DNA of 64,000 nucleotides, from NCBI GenBank assembly GCA_964016885.1, contig OZ024755.1, positions 28,024,001 to 28,088,000 on the forward strand, read 5' to 3'. The notes under the pieces were generated by a model. It was not told the DNA's origin, searched no databases, and was given only the letters and a program-made list of their open reading frames with translations. Of the stretch, positions 28,522 through 42,413 are shown one piece after another. The position numbers and the translations under genes were made by a program. Source of the DNA: Eledone cirrhosa (Eukaryota). How positions within the stretch are numbered: position 1 is the stretch's first letter; each line of letters begins with the position of its first letter.

Positions 28522-28690
28522 GAAAAGATTCAGGACGCCAACGGCTGAGCTCCGGTCGTTTCGATCTAGCTGTCGAAATGTCCGGAGCTCAGCCGTTGGG
28601 TCCTAAATCTTTTCATATTACCCACTCTACTACCACAAGTGTCGAATACTCTGGTGCGTTATGGTCCACCTGGTATCTTACCACCCCGTC
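28522..28690. mobile_element. Family E hairpin-plus-tail element
   Basis: GAAAAGATTCAGGAC...GTCCTAAATCTTTTC fold-back then the TACCCACTCTAC...TATGGTCCACCTGG tail. Confidence 0.85.
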
Positions 28691-28882
28691 TTTGTTCTTT
28701 GTTTTATATATATAATCTGTGTGTATGTATGTAAGTATATATATGTGTGTGTGTTTTTGTCTGTGCGCCTGTGTGTGTGCGCCCTCCATTAGAAACACAC
28801 CTACGTCTAAGCCCGAAACCAGGTGATATCAAGGTGATTATCTGTACAATGCAGAGAAGCTTGCGTTTGCAATAATATCGTA

Positions 28883-29032
28883 TTTGCAGCAAAGAGTTAC
28901 GGCCCTTTATGGCCTGAGTTCAAATCCCGCCGAGGTTAACTTTGCCTTTCATCCTTACGGGGTCGATAAAATAAAGTACCAGTTATACACTGGGATAATT
29001 GCTGGCCTTGTGCCAAAAGTAGAAACAATTAT
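28883..29032 (+). mobile_element. SINE1, 5'-truncated
   Basis: Consensus match. Confidence 0.88.
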
Positions 29033-29704
29033 TTTGTTAGTGATTATTCTAACTTCTGTGTTACGGACGTTTGTGTATGATTTACTGATATATTCTGTGT
29101 ATATGTCTTGTTGATAATTTAGCTCTGCCTAATTTCAGGATATTTGACAGGTTTTCCATGTTAAGATGCAATTAGGAAAATGAAAACATACTGGTGTTGT
29201 TCTCAGATCGTATGTCTTTTCTGAATATTTGCAAAATATTAGATTCTGTTATACGCACCCAAGATTACTGTATTATTCACAAATACTGCAATGCTGCTGT
29301 GGGATTTTCTCTAATGTATTATATTTATCGATCTTGCATCATATTGAAAATTTGGCAGGAAACATCTGGATGTTCCAACTCAGGAGGATCGAACAATGGG
29401 GCGAGTTATTACGAGGAAATGATTGAATATGACTGCAAAACCAGAGAATGTCCTTATGTACAACATACTATTGCCCTTCGCTCAACAATTAATTTCAACG
29501 TTATATAGAGCGATATCGGGCAACCTGTTTTGCTGAAAAATTTGAGTAGAAATGTTTGAACATATCACCTTTCACAGCACAATATTTATACTAGCAGAAA
29601 AACTGCCCTTGGGCGGTTTTCCGCTAGCATATGTAGTATGCATATTGGTATTATACGCAAATATATATGCATATAGATATATATATAAATTGAAAAGTAA
29701 ATTG

Positions 29705-29980
29705 AACATATCTTCTTCTTCGCCCACTTATTTCTGAGAGGGTCGTGGAGGCAGAGTCCTTCCAGTGAGTTTGTCAGGAGGAAACATCTCTAACTGATCT
29801 AGCTAGATCCCAAAGCGTGACCAGCTAAGCTCATGGATGTTATCCAAGTCTAACTCTGGATCGATCTCTTGCCGGTTGGTTTTGCTTGTAAAATCTGTCC
29901 AGCGATTCTTTACTGAGACATTCTAAACCACATGCCCATAGTATCGGAGTTGTGATCTCTCAATTCGGAGAAGTAGCGTT
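29705..29980 (-). mobile_element. Degenerate LINE 3' fragment
   Basis: Homologous to 59180-59475 (AAGCTCATGGATGTTATCCAA, GATCTCTCAATTCG). Confidence 0.7.
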
Positions 29981-30707
29981 ATTTATATTATTTTTACACA
30001 TACACATCAAATATTTTAAAGAAAGTAACGCAATTCCTGAAATTTATATTATGTAACTGCCGTCGCTAGTTTCAATTATGCGATCATACTTTGAATTCAT
30101 ATTAGCAGTTGAGGAAAGAAATCAGTAGGGCTTGGATCGCTGTATCAAGATCACTATACGGTAATATAAGTGGAGATTAAGGGCAGCATAACAGGCAAAC
30201 AGAAGAATATAATACATTGAGATATTTTGAAGGCAAATTCACCAGCAATGGCCTAAGATTAGTGGACATTCTATGAAAACAGCTTGGCATTGTAAGCTAT
30301 CAAAACACAATAGATGGTGAGCGATATAGTGCCGAAAATAGACAACAAAATCGCGAAAACGATGGAAAAGAAGATAATAATGTTCATAATGAAATCGTGA
30401 TGGTGTGGTTTCTGGTGATAATGATGATGATGAAAATGACAACGACGACGATGATTAGTATGACGACGATGATGTCGATGTCGATGACACCGATGATCAC
30501 CAACACAGTGAAAACTATGACAATGACGTTAGTGAATGTAGTGATAAGGATCCATGTAATCATTTGCTTGATAACCAGAAATAGGAATATGGTGCCAACA
30601 ATGATGCTGAAGATAACAACAGTGTCAGTTTTAGTGGGAGTGACAAAACTAAGATAGACATCGAATAGAAGAATCTAAAATTAAACTACAAATGTATACA
30701 TAGATAG

Positions 30708-30769
<62 letters not shown>

Positions 30770-31340
30770 TAAAATATATGATAAACACAAAACGTGTTTG
30801 CATTGCAACAGACAGTCAGCTATTAATGAAATAAACTAATTAAAGTGAATACAATTTGTCTGTCACGATATAAGTCAATAAAGACAATCTTATATTGGCA
30901 ACTGCCATGATTCCTGGACAAATTTAAATTTCAAAATCCAAACCTGTTCTGTAGACGAATTTGAACCTCGAAACCTAAATCCGTTTCGCAATGGTGGTAT
31001 GTGAATTTAAAAAATAAAGAGAATCGAAATGGAATTGAAATAAAAAGTGAAATATCCAAATCTTCTGTGCATATCAACAGGAATCCAGTAGAAATATGTA
31101 TAATGAAATAGATATGGTTTTATAAATATAGTTTCCATTTTTTAATATCGTATATATATATATATGAATACATAATCGGAGAAAGCTAATAGCGATTCTC
31201 CGGCCAAATTCCAACTCACCTAACAAACATTAGGAAATACCTGAGTATATTCCTAATTAAACGTTCAGGGTGCTAACTAATTGTATTGTGTGGACAATTG
31301 GCTGTATTATTTCATATGAGATATATCAAATATATCTCTT

Positions 31341-31463
31341 CTCAGACGACTCGTTTCATTATAAGATTTCTACAAGTTGGGTGAAATTATACCAAATTAT
31401 GTAGAAGCTTGTATAAGATCAACAGATACTTATTCAAGTGGGCTCTAATACTTCTTCAGTGGG
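31341..31463 (-). ncRNA. Candidate hammerhead with a long stem II insert
   Basis: Minus strand CCCA-CTGAAGA-~95 nt-GAAACGAGTCGTC-TGAG. Confidence 0.45.
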
Positions 31464-31979
31464 TTATTGATAACCAAATCAACATCAATATTTAGCGATA
31501 ATCACCAGCAGTGCTTGAGGGAGCTGCTAGGTCGTTAGTCCAGCAGTTCTAAAGAAAATATCACACTGTCGCCAAAAAAAAAACATGCGCAGGTCATTGA
31601 ACTCTGAAAAGAATTCGAGCCACGTGCTACAACTCAATTGGATATGAAAAAATAACCATATGTGCGCATCTCTTGATATAAATATAACCTCTACATATAT
31701 ATATATATGTAGTGGTTATATTTAATTTGTTGGGATTCAACAAGCTTAAACATTTTTATAACTGATATAAAGCACTCAACAAGTTAAGGTTGTCTTTTTT
31801 CCGGGTATGTCAATATTTATTTATAAAACAAATCTGTATTTTATCTGATGAAAGCGCACTATAATTTGCCTTGGTTGCCCTTGAACTATGTATAATAAAG
31901 TAAATATGGTTTTATAGATATAGTTTCCATTTATTAATATATTGTATATGAAACTCCAGTTTCATTTTCGATTTCTTTT

Positions 31980-32032
<53 letters not shown>

Positions 32033-32085
32033 CATACATACATATATATATATATATTTATATATATATACATATACATACATGA

Positions 32086-32275
32086 CACCAGATGGACCAT
32101 AACACACCAGAGTACTCAATATTTGGGGTAGTAGAGTGGGTAATATGAAAAGATTCAGGACCCCGACGGCTAAGCCCCGGCCGTTTCGACAGCTAGATCC
32201 GAACTGATCAGTCTGGACCTAGCCGTCGAAACGGCAGGAGCTCAGCCGTCGGGGTCCGGTCCTGAATCTTTTCAT
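32086..32275. mobile_element. Family E element
   Basis: Tail plus fold-back, between TA runs. Confidence 0.85.
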
Positions 32276-32644
32276 CTATATATATATATATATATATATA
32301 TAATCACATATGAAAGTATATATGTGCATGCATGCATGTATGTATTTCAGTTGTATATTATAGTAATATTGTTTGACAATGGAAATGTTTAAACTGTTAG
32401 ATGTATACATTGCGTATATAACTGTCCATAGACAATATTTCCAATTGTTGCTTGTCAATGCTCAGTGTATGTGGCAGAGTAGCTGTATGTGTGTGTCTGT
32501 GAATACATCCACATAATGGCTACAGACAGTTGACTAGAAATAACGAAATAACCAAGTAAATCTTTTCTCTATATAAGGCATCTACCTTTGCCAAAATCTC
32601 TTTCTTCAGTAATTTATCTTATTCTCCATTTCGCACTTCATATT

Positions 32645-33100
32645 TCTTCTCTGTCTGTCCTTTCCTCTCTCTCTCCCTCTCTTTCTCTTTCCTACTTTCT
32701 CTCCCTCCCTCTCTTTCTCTTTCCTACTTTCTCTCCCTCCCTCTCTTTCTCTTTCCTACTTTCTCTCCCTCCCTCTCTTTCTCTTTCTCTTTCATACTTT
32801 CTCTCCCTCCCTCTCTTTCTCTTTCTTACTTTCTCTCCCTCCCTCTCTTTCTTTTTCCTACTTTCTCTCCCTCTCTTTCTCTTTCTCTTTCCTACTTTCT
32901 CTCCCTCCCTCTCTTTCTCTCCCTTTCTCTCCTCTTTGTTACCCCCTTTCTCTTTATCTCCTTTCTCTTTCTCCTTCTCTCTCGCCCCCTCTCATTACAT
33001 ATATCCTTCTTTATTTTCGCTCTCTTCCCCTCTTCTCTCCTCCATTCACTCACCATCTCTCCTTCTCCTTTACCTGTGTCTTTCCTCACTTTCCTACTTT
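32645..33100. repeat. CT-rich polypyrimidine tandem repeat
   Basis: TTTCCTACTTTCTCTCCCTCCCTCTC-like units. Confidence 0.92.
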
Positions 33101-33167
33101 CCAATTCATCTTTATTCCACCTACGCACCATAACTTTCCTACATTTATTCTCATTACTATTTCCAAC

Positions 33168-34135
33168 ACGCCACCACCACTATCACTACCACCGCCATCA
33201 TCACCACTACCATCGCCACCGCCACCACCACTATCACTACCACCGCCACCATCACCACTACCACCGCCACCATCACCACTACCACCGCCACCATAACCAC
33301 CACTACCACCGTCACCGCCACCACCGCCATCACAACCACTACCACCGCCATCACAACCACTACCACCGCCACCACCGCCATCACAACCACTACCACCGCC
33401 GCCATCACAACCACAACCACCACCGCCGCCGCCACCATCACAGTTTCAACAACGACTGTCACTCCGTTTCTTTTACTCCTGCACCACAACTCTTACTACT
33501 ACTGTCACTGCTACTCCCACCAGTAACAGTTACGTTGCTTCTACTACAGCATCATCATCATCATCATCATCTTCATCGTTGTCATCATCATCATCCCTGA
33601 CATGAATTTCTTTTTATTTTCCTTCTTTTTTTCCCTTCGTGTTTGTTTTCTTTCTTTCTTTCTTTCCCGCTCTTCCCCCTCCTCCGACCCCCTTTTAAGT
33701 CCTTAGACACCTCCTACTATTACTAAACTTCGTATTCTCCTGCTACTCACACTCCTCCCACCGCTACTCCTTCTCTACTATCTTTACTACTGCCACTACT
33801 ACTATCACTACTGCTCCAGAAAACTCCTCACAATGAATACATCTAATATTTACCATTAAAGACTGCAAATACTACTACTACTACTACTACTACTATTACT
33901 ACTACTACTACTACTACTGCTACTATTACAATCACTACTAGTAATATTACTGCTACTGTTACTATTACAATCACTACTACTAATATTACAGATACTGCTA
34001 CTATTACAACCACTACTACTATTACCAGCACCACTACTACTACTACTACCACTACCACCACCACCACTACTACTACTACCACCACTACCACCACCACTAC
34101 CACTATTACTGCTACTATTACCATCAACTACTACT
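33168..34135. repeat. (CAC)n, (CAT)n and (TAC)n trinucleotide repeat cluster
   Basis: Direct reading; yields poly-His and poly-Val ORFs. Confidence 0.92.
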
Positions 34136-35452
34136 AATAATGATTTTTACTATAGGCACAAGGCCAGCAATTACCCCAGTGTATTACTGGTACTTTACGT
34201 TATCGATCCCGTGAGGATGAAAGCAAAGTTAACCTACTCGGCGGGATTAACTATACCTGTCATCCTACTACCACTAATACTACTGCTACTACTACCCCTA
34301 CTACTACTACTACTACTACTAATATTACGACAGCGGTGGCGCCCACGCACTTTCTATTTCAATATTGGTGGCGTTGGTGATGAGTTACTCGAAAAACAGC
34401 GACTGACTGTACAGTGATGATGGCCACAATTGTGATGCTAACAACAACAACAACAACAACCATCGTTGCCATTCTCTCTGTGGTGATATTGATGATGATG
34501 ATCATCATGATGATGTTCATGATATAAAATCGTGATAGTTGTGGCAGAAGGAGTGTTGGTAAGAGTAGTGTTGTTAATGTAATGGGAGGGAACAATGAAG
34601 TTTTCTATATGAAAGAAAATCACATCACTAAGATCGAGATCGAGGCTGAGACTGAGGCTGTTCCAGGAATTTGTCTCAACCCTCCCGCTGCTAATGCAAA
34701 CAATATGACGCAATGAAACTCTGCAGTCCGAGAGGAAATCACCTTTTCAAGCAAAATAACATCACCAGCACCATTATCATGTGCAACAAAATCTACAACA
34801 ATAACAATAAGAGCAACAACAACAACAACACTCAAAGCAGGAGATTCTACGGTTTCACTGGCCACACAGCAACAAGTTTATCAGTAATAGCAAAAACAGC
34901 AATAATTAAAGCAAAGTAAACTATTTAGTGAAATATTTGTTACTATCCACGCTACAAACCTTAGTCGCCATTCACGAAACATTTGACCAATGAAATTACT
35001 AAGTAAGGCAACCAATCAACGAGGGGAAATGATTAGCAACAACTACCTCACAACGAAAATCTACTACCACTAGGACTGCCACTATCAGTAATTTCGTTAC
35101 TATCACTGATACCACAACCACTGCTACCATATTCACTACTACAACGTGACTCTCCGTCCCGACCTCTTTCAGTGAGAAATAGGTGGAAAAAAATACATTA
35201 AGAAACAAATAGTACCAAAGAAAAAAAAAAAAAAAAAGCAAAACACTCGTTTTTTTTTGTTTTTTTTTACGTTTACTTACTCCCTCCGTACTCGGAAACA
35301 CCTACTGCCTGCCATTTCAGTTAACTATGATCATCAACCAGTCAATACAATATGTTAGACAGCCACCCACTCGCTTGCACAAGCTAAACACACTTGCATA
35401 AATTTGCATCCCAACAGATATACCTACGCTTGCAGCAAACACATGTATATAC

Positions 35453-35484
<32 letters not shown>

Positions 35485-35617
35485 GTAAATATATATGCAA
35501 ATATTTATGTGTGTGTATATATATATGTATACATACATATAAATATATATGCAAATATTTATGTGTGTGTATATATATATGTATACATACATATAAATAT
35601 ATATGCAAATATTTATT

Positions 35618-35673
<56 letters not shown>

Positions 35674-35723
35674 CACATGCTGTCCCACAAAAATGTATAC
35701 ACTTCAGCAGCATTCTAATAAAA

Positions 35724-35772
<49 letters not shown>

Positions 35773-35773
<1 letters not shown>

Positions 35774-35941
35774 CGAAGGAGGTGTGGTAAGGAACCAGAT
35801 GGACCATAACGCACCAGAGTACTCAATAGTTAGGGGAGTAGAGTGGGTAATAGAAAAAAGTTTAACCCCGACGGCAGAGCTCAAGCCGTTTCGACGGGTA
35901 TTTCTGGACTAAATTAGATTTTTAGCGTGGTAAAAAAAAAT

Positions 35942-35976
<35 letters not shown>

Positions 35977-36165
35977 CTGTCCCTCAAAATTTATAGACAC
36001 TTCAGCAGCATTCTAATAAAAGTGTGTATAGATATATATAAATATATATCCAAATATTTGTCTGTTAGTGTGTGTATATATATATATACATGCTTTCCCC
36101 CCATAATATATGCACACTTCAATAGCATTCTAATGTGTGTATATATATATGTGTATTTATATATT

Positions 36166-36196
<31 letters not shown>

Positions 36197-36381
36197 GAAA
36201 ATGTAATGACCCCCGACAGCAGAGCTCAAGCCGTTTCGACGGCTATTTCTGGACTGAATTAGCCGTCGAAACGGCTTGAGCTCTGCCGTTGGGGTCATAC
36301 ATTTTCTTATTACCCACTCTACCACCCTAAGTATTGAGTTCTCTGGTGCGTTATGGTCCATCTGGTTCCTTACCACAACTC

Positions 36382-36385
<4 letters not shown>
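35773..36385. mobile_element. Two family E copies in opposite orientation (35773-35911, 36196-36385)
   Basis: Tail and arm matches to 28522-28690. Confidence 0.82.
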
Positions 36386-36435
<50 letters not shown>

Positions 36436-36751
36436 GTATTATGTATATGTCATTGCGTTTCCGTGGGTAAGTTTGTGTCAGTTGGTGTTATTAATATATG
36501 TTTAAACACAGGCCACCGATGACGATGCAGAGGAGCCCAAAATCTTAGTTTGTAACCCACTTAACAATAATATGTTGCTGTCCAATATATATTTTATCAA
36601 CAAGTAAATGTTGTTTTCCAATATTTCCAGATAGGATATATAGCTGCTAGACCTAGCTGTCGGTGTTACCACGTGCACGCAACACTAATGCAAAACACAC
36701 GCACATGCACAAACTCGCGTGAACATATACACACACTCAAACGCATCTACT

Positions 36752-36786
<35 letters not shown>

Positions 36787-36789
36787 GGA

Positions 36790-36829
<40 letters not shown>

Positions 36830-37688
36830 GTATATATATATGTATATATATAGATTGATTTGTTGATAGTTAATAGACAGGTATAGATAGAGAGGTATAG
36901 ATAGATAGATAGATAGATAGATGTTCATAATTAAACGGGTATATGTGTGTGTCTGAAAAATAAAGTGAGAGTGTGTGATGTGTATTATGAATATATATAT
37001 AGGCATTTTTGCCCCATATAGGTCTGTTATTTTTCTTAATTATTCTTAATTTAATATTTAAAGTTAAGGATAACAAACTATATTGCTGTACTTAGTATTT
37101 TTTCACCCTAGCAAATTTGGTCCTTACGATTCGAACACATGTATGTTTATATTAGTGTTCATCTCTCTTGTTGATTCAATTATATATATATATATATTTA
37201 ATCACGTTTTTATAAATACTGAAAAACTTCTTCCCTCTCGTCGATTCGTTTTTTGCGTCTACTATATACTCCGGAGTTTACCAGTATATGCACAATTCCT
37301 TATATGGAAATAATGGGATAGTTTCTCTCATTTCATAGTTAAGCACATCTATATACAAAATACGTCCATCCCACAATTGAATACGCCGAAACCGAATGCA
37401 AATACGTTTGTGTTTGTGTATATGTCAGTGTATGTATATACATTCGGGTGTGTTTGTGTTTATACTATATTCATTCGTGTGCATATGTGTAAACACGCAT
37501 GGCTAGGCAAATACAGGCGCAAGCGAAAATATATTAAACATTGATTTTACGCGTATCAGTGATAGAAAGAATGTAGAAGTTGTTATCAGGTGGTAGAAGA
37601 AGACTACGTGTAGCTACACGTGTGTGTGCGTATTCGAGTGTCGTGTGTTAACAGGGGCATTTACTTGCAAACATGCATATATAAAACA

Positions 37689-37881
37689 AATAATTGTTTC
37701 TACTTTTGGCACAAGGCCAGCAATTATTCCAGTGCATTACTGGTACTTTATTTTATCGACCCCGTAAGGATGAAAGGCAAAGTTAACCTCGGCGGGATTT
37801 GAACTCAGATCATAAAGGGAGGTAACTCTATGCTTCAAAGCATGGCGTCCGACCCTTACCGATACTGCCAATCCACCGCCC
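37689..37881 (-). mobile_element. SINE1 with target-site duplication
   Basis: TATATAAAACAAATAAT on both sides. Confidence 0.93.
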
Positions 37882-38018
37882 TATATATAAAACAAATAAT
37901 AACATACAGACATACAGACACATGCTTGCATTCAAACATTTTATATATATATATATATATAGATAGATATTCACACACATATATATAATGTATATATGCA
38001 CACACACACACACACATA

Positions 38019-38168
38019 TGGAAAGATACAGGACCCCGACGGGTGAGCTCCGGCCGTTTCAACAGTTCAGCCGTCGGGGTCCTGAATCTTTTCATGTCAC
38101 CTACTCTACTGCACCAAGTATCCTCTACTCTGAAGGGTTAGGGTCCAACTGGTTGTCTTACCACACTA
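38019..38168. mobile_element. Family E element
   Basis: Fold-back plus tail. Confidence 0.8.
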
Positions 38169-38178
38169 TCTCTCATAC

Positions 38179-38230
<52 letters not shown>

Positions 38231-38326
38231 AAGTAATTCCGTCGGAAAAGTCCAGGAAAAAAAGAGTGCTCTATGTAGGTAACAGAGCTTAATAGTTATG
38301 TAATAAACAACATAAGGCAATTATTC

Positions 38327-38380
38327 CATTTACCAGCGGTTTCTTAAAAGCAAAGAATTTTGCTTTCAATCATCAGAATG
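38327..38380 (-). ncRNA. Type I hammerhead ribozyme (family C)
   Basis: Reverse complement of 38469-38522. Confidence 0.88.
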
Positions 38381-38468
38381 AAAAAATCCTGGTCTGTTTA
38401 TTGAATTTGGATTTAAAAAAAAAAAAAAAAAAAAAAATCCAAATTCAATAAACAGACCAGGATTTTTT

Positions 38469-38522
38469 CATTCTGATGATTGAAAGCAAAATTCTTTGCT
38501 TTTAAGAAACCGCTGGTAAATG
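38469..38522 (+). ncRNA. Type I hammerhead ribozyme (family C)
   Basis: CATT-CTGATGA-TTGAAAGCAAA attc TTTGCTTTTAA-GAAA-CC gct GG-TA-AATG; GUA site. Confidence 0.88.
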
Positions 38523-38555
38523 GAATAATTGCCTTATGTTGTTTATTACATAACT

Positions 38556-38598
<43 letters not shown>

Positions 38599-38820
38599 GA
38601 GACATGCCGAATGGATCTATCTAACTTCAATACGTAATTGCATAAGAAATCAAGCATTAAAATCCGACATTCAACGGAATATAATCACACTGCTATATAT
38701 GGTATTGTCTACATAAGGTGATAGCATCTATGACCCTACATGACCCTATAAATAATCCGTAGTTCATCTATTTCATATCCTATTAGTTTCCCTTTTATTA
38801 TATCTTTTATGGTCCATTTC

Positions 38821-39297
38821 GGTCTGAGTTCAAATCCCTCTGAGTTTAGCTTTGCCTTTCATCCTTACGGCGTCGATAGAATAAAGCACCAGTAATGGAC
38901 TGGGGTCGATTTAATCGATTTTCCCATCCTCTAAAATTGTTGGCCTTGTGCCTACATCAGAAACACTTATATCTAATGCGTTTTTACGGCTCTTTATGTT
39001 CTGAGTTCAAATTCCGCCGAGGTTAGTTTGGATTTCATTCTTATGGAGTCGATAAAATAAAGTACCACCAACGCAGTGGTGTCGAATCATTCGACTTTCC
39101 CCTCCACCAAAATAGCTGGCCTTGTGCATAAATCGGAAACGATTATAATTAATTGTTTCTACTTTTGGCGGCACAAGGCCAGCAATTATTCCAGTGAATT
39201 ACTGGTACTTTAGTTTATCAACCCCATAATGATGAAAGGCAAAGTTAACCTCTGCGGGATTTGAACTCAGAACATAAAGGGACGTAACTCTATGCTG
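38821..39297. mobile_element. Three SINE1-related copies (two plus, longer variant; one minus)
   Basis: Core match; plus copies have an extra GTCGATTTAATCGA segment. Confidence 0.85.
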
Positions 39298-39835
39298 CTT
39301 TTGTTAATATCAGTCACTAGCCTTATTTTTAATGTATATTTTCAATGTATAGACTAACAGCTTCGTTAAGCATGGAAGGTCCTATATTTTATTCAATTGA
39401 AAATACTCCACGCGCTGTAAATCTACACTAATTTAGAAATAAAAGTTGATCATTTCATTTGAGAAATCATATTCAAATGGAGCATGTGTCTTATAGCAAA
39501 CTGGTTTAGACAGCTAATTCTATAAGCAGAGTATTTTATAATCCCTTGAGAAAGAGTAGTATATGGAAGTAAATGGAAGAAAAATCCGTTCTCTTACTCC
39601 GATTTCTGTCAGGACAGTTTATGATCTTTGACCTGATTACAATAACATTGTGAAATACACATCTCTTATTTGAAGACTGAAAAGAAGATCATTTTAGAAT
39701 ATATGGAAATAATTAATGAAGAGTTATTACCGACTAGCAATAACTGAAATGTGAAGATTAATTAGGAGAATTGTGCATATGTCTTTCCACATAATGTTTC
39801 TTCCACATAATCAATTATATATATATATATATATA

Positions 39836-40464
39836 TATACACATAAATGGCAATTTCTGTTTGTTTGTGTGTTTGTTTGTGAACCTAAAACTCAAAAACT
39901 ACCAAATCGATCTTGATGAAACGTGACACGTGTGTGGGGCTCATGCCCATTTGATTTCTTATGTATATTTCATTTTAATCAAAGGGTTCCCGGGGGCTCA
40001 AACCCCCGCTGAAATGTTTTCCTTTCGATTTATATAGGTAAATGACAAGATATGGTGCCTATTCACAAAATTGCAACAAAGTTCAATAATATTAAGACCC
40101 CCTATTAGGGTTCTCCGGAGGCACAAACCCTCTCTGAAAATGTTTCCCTTCGATTTATATGAAATTTAAACCATAGGTAAATGACAAGATATGATGCCTA
40201 TTCACAAAATTTTGAATTGATATTTTGAAAATAATTATTTACAAGAAACAAAATAAGAATAAGATTTAATAATGTAATTTTGATTTGATATATTACAAAA
40301 AGTGTTTTCCAATTTTTCATGCATTACATTTTACATTGAGTAATATTGAAATGCAGAGTTTTTCTCCATAAATTATATCACTGATTTAAAATCAATCATC
40401 ATTTTCTTAAAAAAAAAAAAAAAAAATGTGTGAAACGCAGCAAGGCGCGCGTGATCCGGGTAGT
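39836..40464 (+). mobile_element. Probable non-autonomous Helitron-like element
   Basis: 5' TGTT repeats then AACTACCAAATCGATCTTGATGAAAC, internal ~100-bp duplication, GC-rich 3' end finishing GGTAGT (degenerate CTAG). Confidence 0.55.
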
Positions 40465-40471
40465 ATATATA

Positions 40472-40746
40472 TAGTAATAATAAATGTGAAGACTAAAATT
40501 CGAAGAGGGCTCGATAAGGATTATATATATATATATATATATATATATAACCCGTAGAGCAAATATTTATTATAAGAACAGATTAAAGTTTATGCAAAGA
40601 ATCGGTGCTTTCACCCTTAACGGGATCTTGTGAAACTAAAAATATCAATGTCTATGACAGATTTTTTAGTTTCAGAAGATCCCCCCGTTAAGGGTGAAAG
40701 CAGCGATTCTTTGATTAAACTTAAATCTGCTCTTATAATAAATATA
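40472..40746. mobile_element. Family F fold-back element
   Basis: Inverted arms around ~40655; second copy 51222-51444 in the opposite orientation. Confidence 0.82.
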
Positions 40747-40758
40747 TATATATGTATG

Positions 40759-41157
40759 TAGATAAATCTACCAAAATATACGGTAGTGTCCAATCCGTAT
40801 GAAGAACTCAATGTAATCCAAATATCATGAAAAGAGAAATTAATAAAAACAATGAATAAAAACGAAGAAACAGTTTCTTATATTAAAAAACGAAGAAACA
40901 GTTTCTTATATTAAAAAATTCATCATTTTACGATCGTTTCTAGGATATATGTGTGTGTGTTGGTATGTATATCATATAGATCTATGTAAAAATTTTACAA
41001 ACTATCAGAGGGAATATACATACCTACACATATATATGCTATATATATGTATAGGCATGTATATTCCCTCTGATAGTTTGTAAAATTTTTACATAGATAT
41101 ATATGATATACATACCTACACACACACATATATCCTAGAAACGATCGTAAAATGAAT
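40759..41157. mobile_element. Family B element with fold-back (axis ~41040)
   Basis: Both arms carry GAAACGATCGTAAAATG; the CTGAAGA half is missing at the axis. Confidence 0.88.
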
Positions 41158-41337
41158 TTTACGAACGCGGGCCGCCAACAGACCTAATCGTGGAAAAACT
41201 GCATGCCAGGACAATATGTAAAGAAAATAAACCGAATACTCTGATGGCTGGATAATCTTTAAGATTTTCCTCGATGAAGCAGGGAAAATGCAGGTTTTCA
41301 CCTAATGCGGGTCCTAGGGGATCAAGAAAATAATTTC

Positions 41338-41505
41338 CTTTGCAGCATAAAGTTACAGTCCTTTACGTTGTGAATTCAAATTCCGCCGAGGTTAGCTTCG
41401 CCTTTCATCCTTACGGGGGGGGGGGGGTCGATAAAATAAAGTACCTGTCACACACTTGGGACGATTTAATCGCCGCCTTTCCCCCCCCCCCTTCAAATTT
41501 CTGAC
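41338..41505 (+). mobile_element. SINE1-related, diverged
   Basis: Core match. Confidence 0.75.
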
Positions 41506-42413
41506 CTCATTAAGAGTGATGTTATATTAGCGAATATATGCTGTATAAAACCCACTATGAAATCAATATTCGAAATTTATATTAGGGTCTACATATTTTA
41601 AAATATTTCATATTCATTTGAAATGGCAATGACTAATTTTGAAATATAAATCTGCCCACTTAGAAATATAAACAGCGTAACCACATTCAGTATATCAGTA
41701 GACTTTTGTATCATTGTCAAGGCAACAGCTATTATTTTGATTTTTCTACTTCCAATTCACATAGTTCAGTTATTTTTTATTCTTTATATTTCCGTGGAGG
41801 TTTCATTTCCTTTAGATATATAATATGAAACGTTGCAATTGATATCTCAATTAGTAGAGCTTTATTTTCCCTGTGGTATTTCTGTTGCCCGGTGAAGTAG
41901 AACATCTATTCTATGCTTTAATATACCTTTCCAGGCATCTAATCTATGTTGTAGACATCAATCTCTTGTAACTATCCAATATGCATTTAACCATTCATAT
42001 TCTATTGTTGTGAATACACAAGCAGATAGGTAATTTTAGGTAATTTTTAACGCGGTTACATCACTCGATATCAAGATGTTATGATTCCTAAAATCTTTTC
42101 CACGTCAGGCTACGGTAGGGTTTAAGCAACAGTTTCATTCTGAAATGCTGAGATACTTTTTACGTGTACCTGGCTTCTTAAGACGTTGTTATAGGCATCG
42201 TTAACTAATGTGAAGAAATACGTAATCTAATAGTAACATATGTGAAGTTTCTAAACAATAAATAAATCTGATACCATTGGTTATCAGTATAGCGGTTACT
42301 AGTAGCATCTATATTATTAATATTGAGTGGGAATCCATATAGAATAAAGAGTTATATCACTCTATCGAGGGTGTGGTTGAGGTTCTTCGGAACTAGATAT
42401 GTTATAAGCGGTA

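Larger units (their letters stand above)
38228..38556. mobile_element. Family C fold-back element in (TA)n, with hammerheads on both strands
   Basis: Arms 38293-38414 and ~38434-38556 are exact inverted repeats around an A-run; second copy at 48764-49071. Confidence 0.92.

Noticed and set aside
33076-34127. Poly-His and poly-Val ORFs
   Set aside because: Trinucleotide repeats.
34525-34716. P-loop-like GRRSVGKSS peptide
   Set aside because: Lies in decayed GTT/GAT repeats, frame under 60 aa between stops, no further GTPase motifs and no convincing splice sites.
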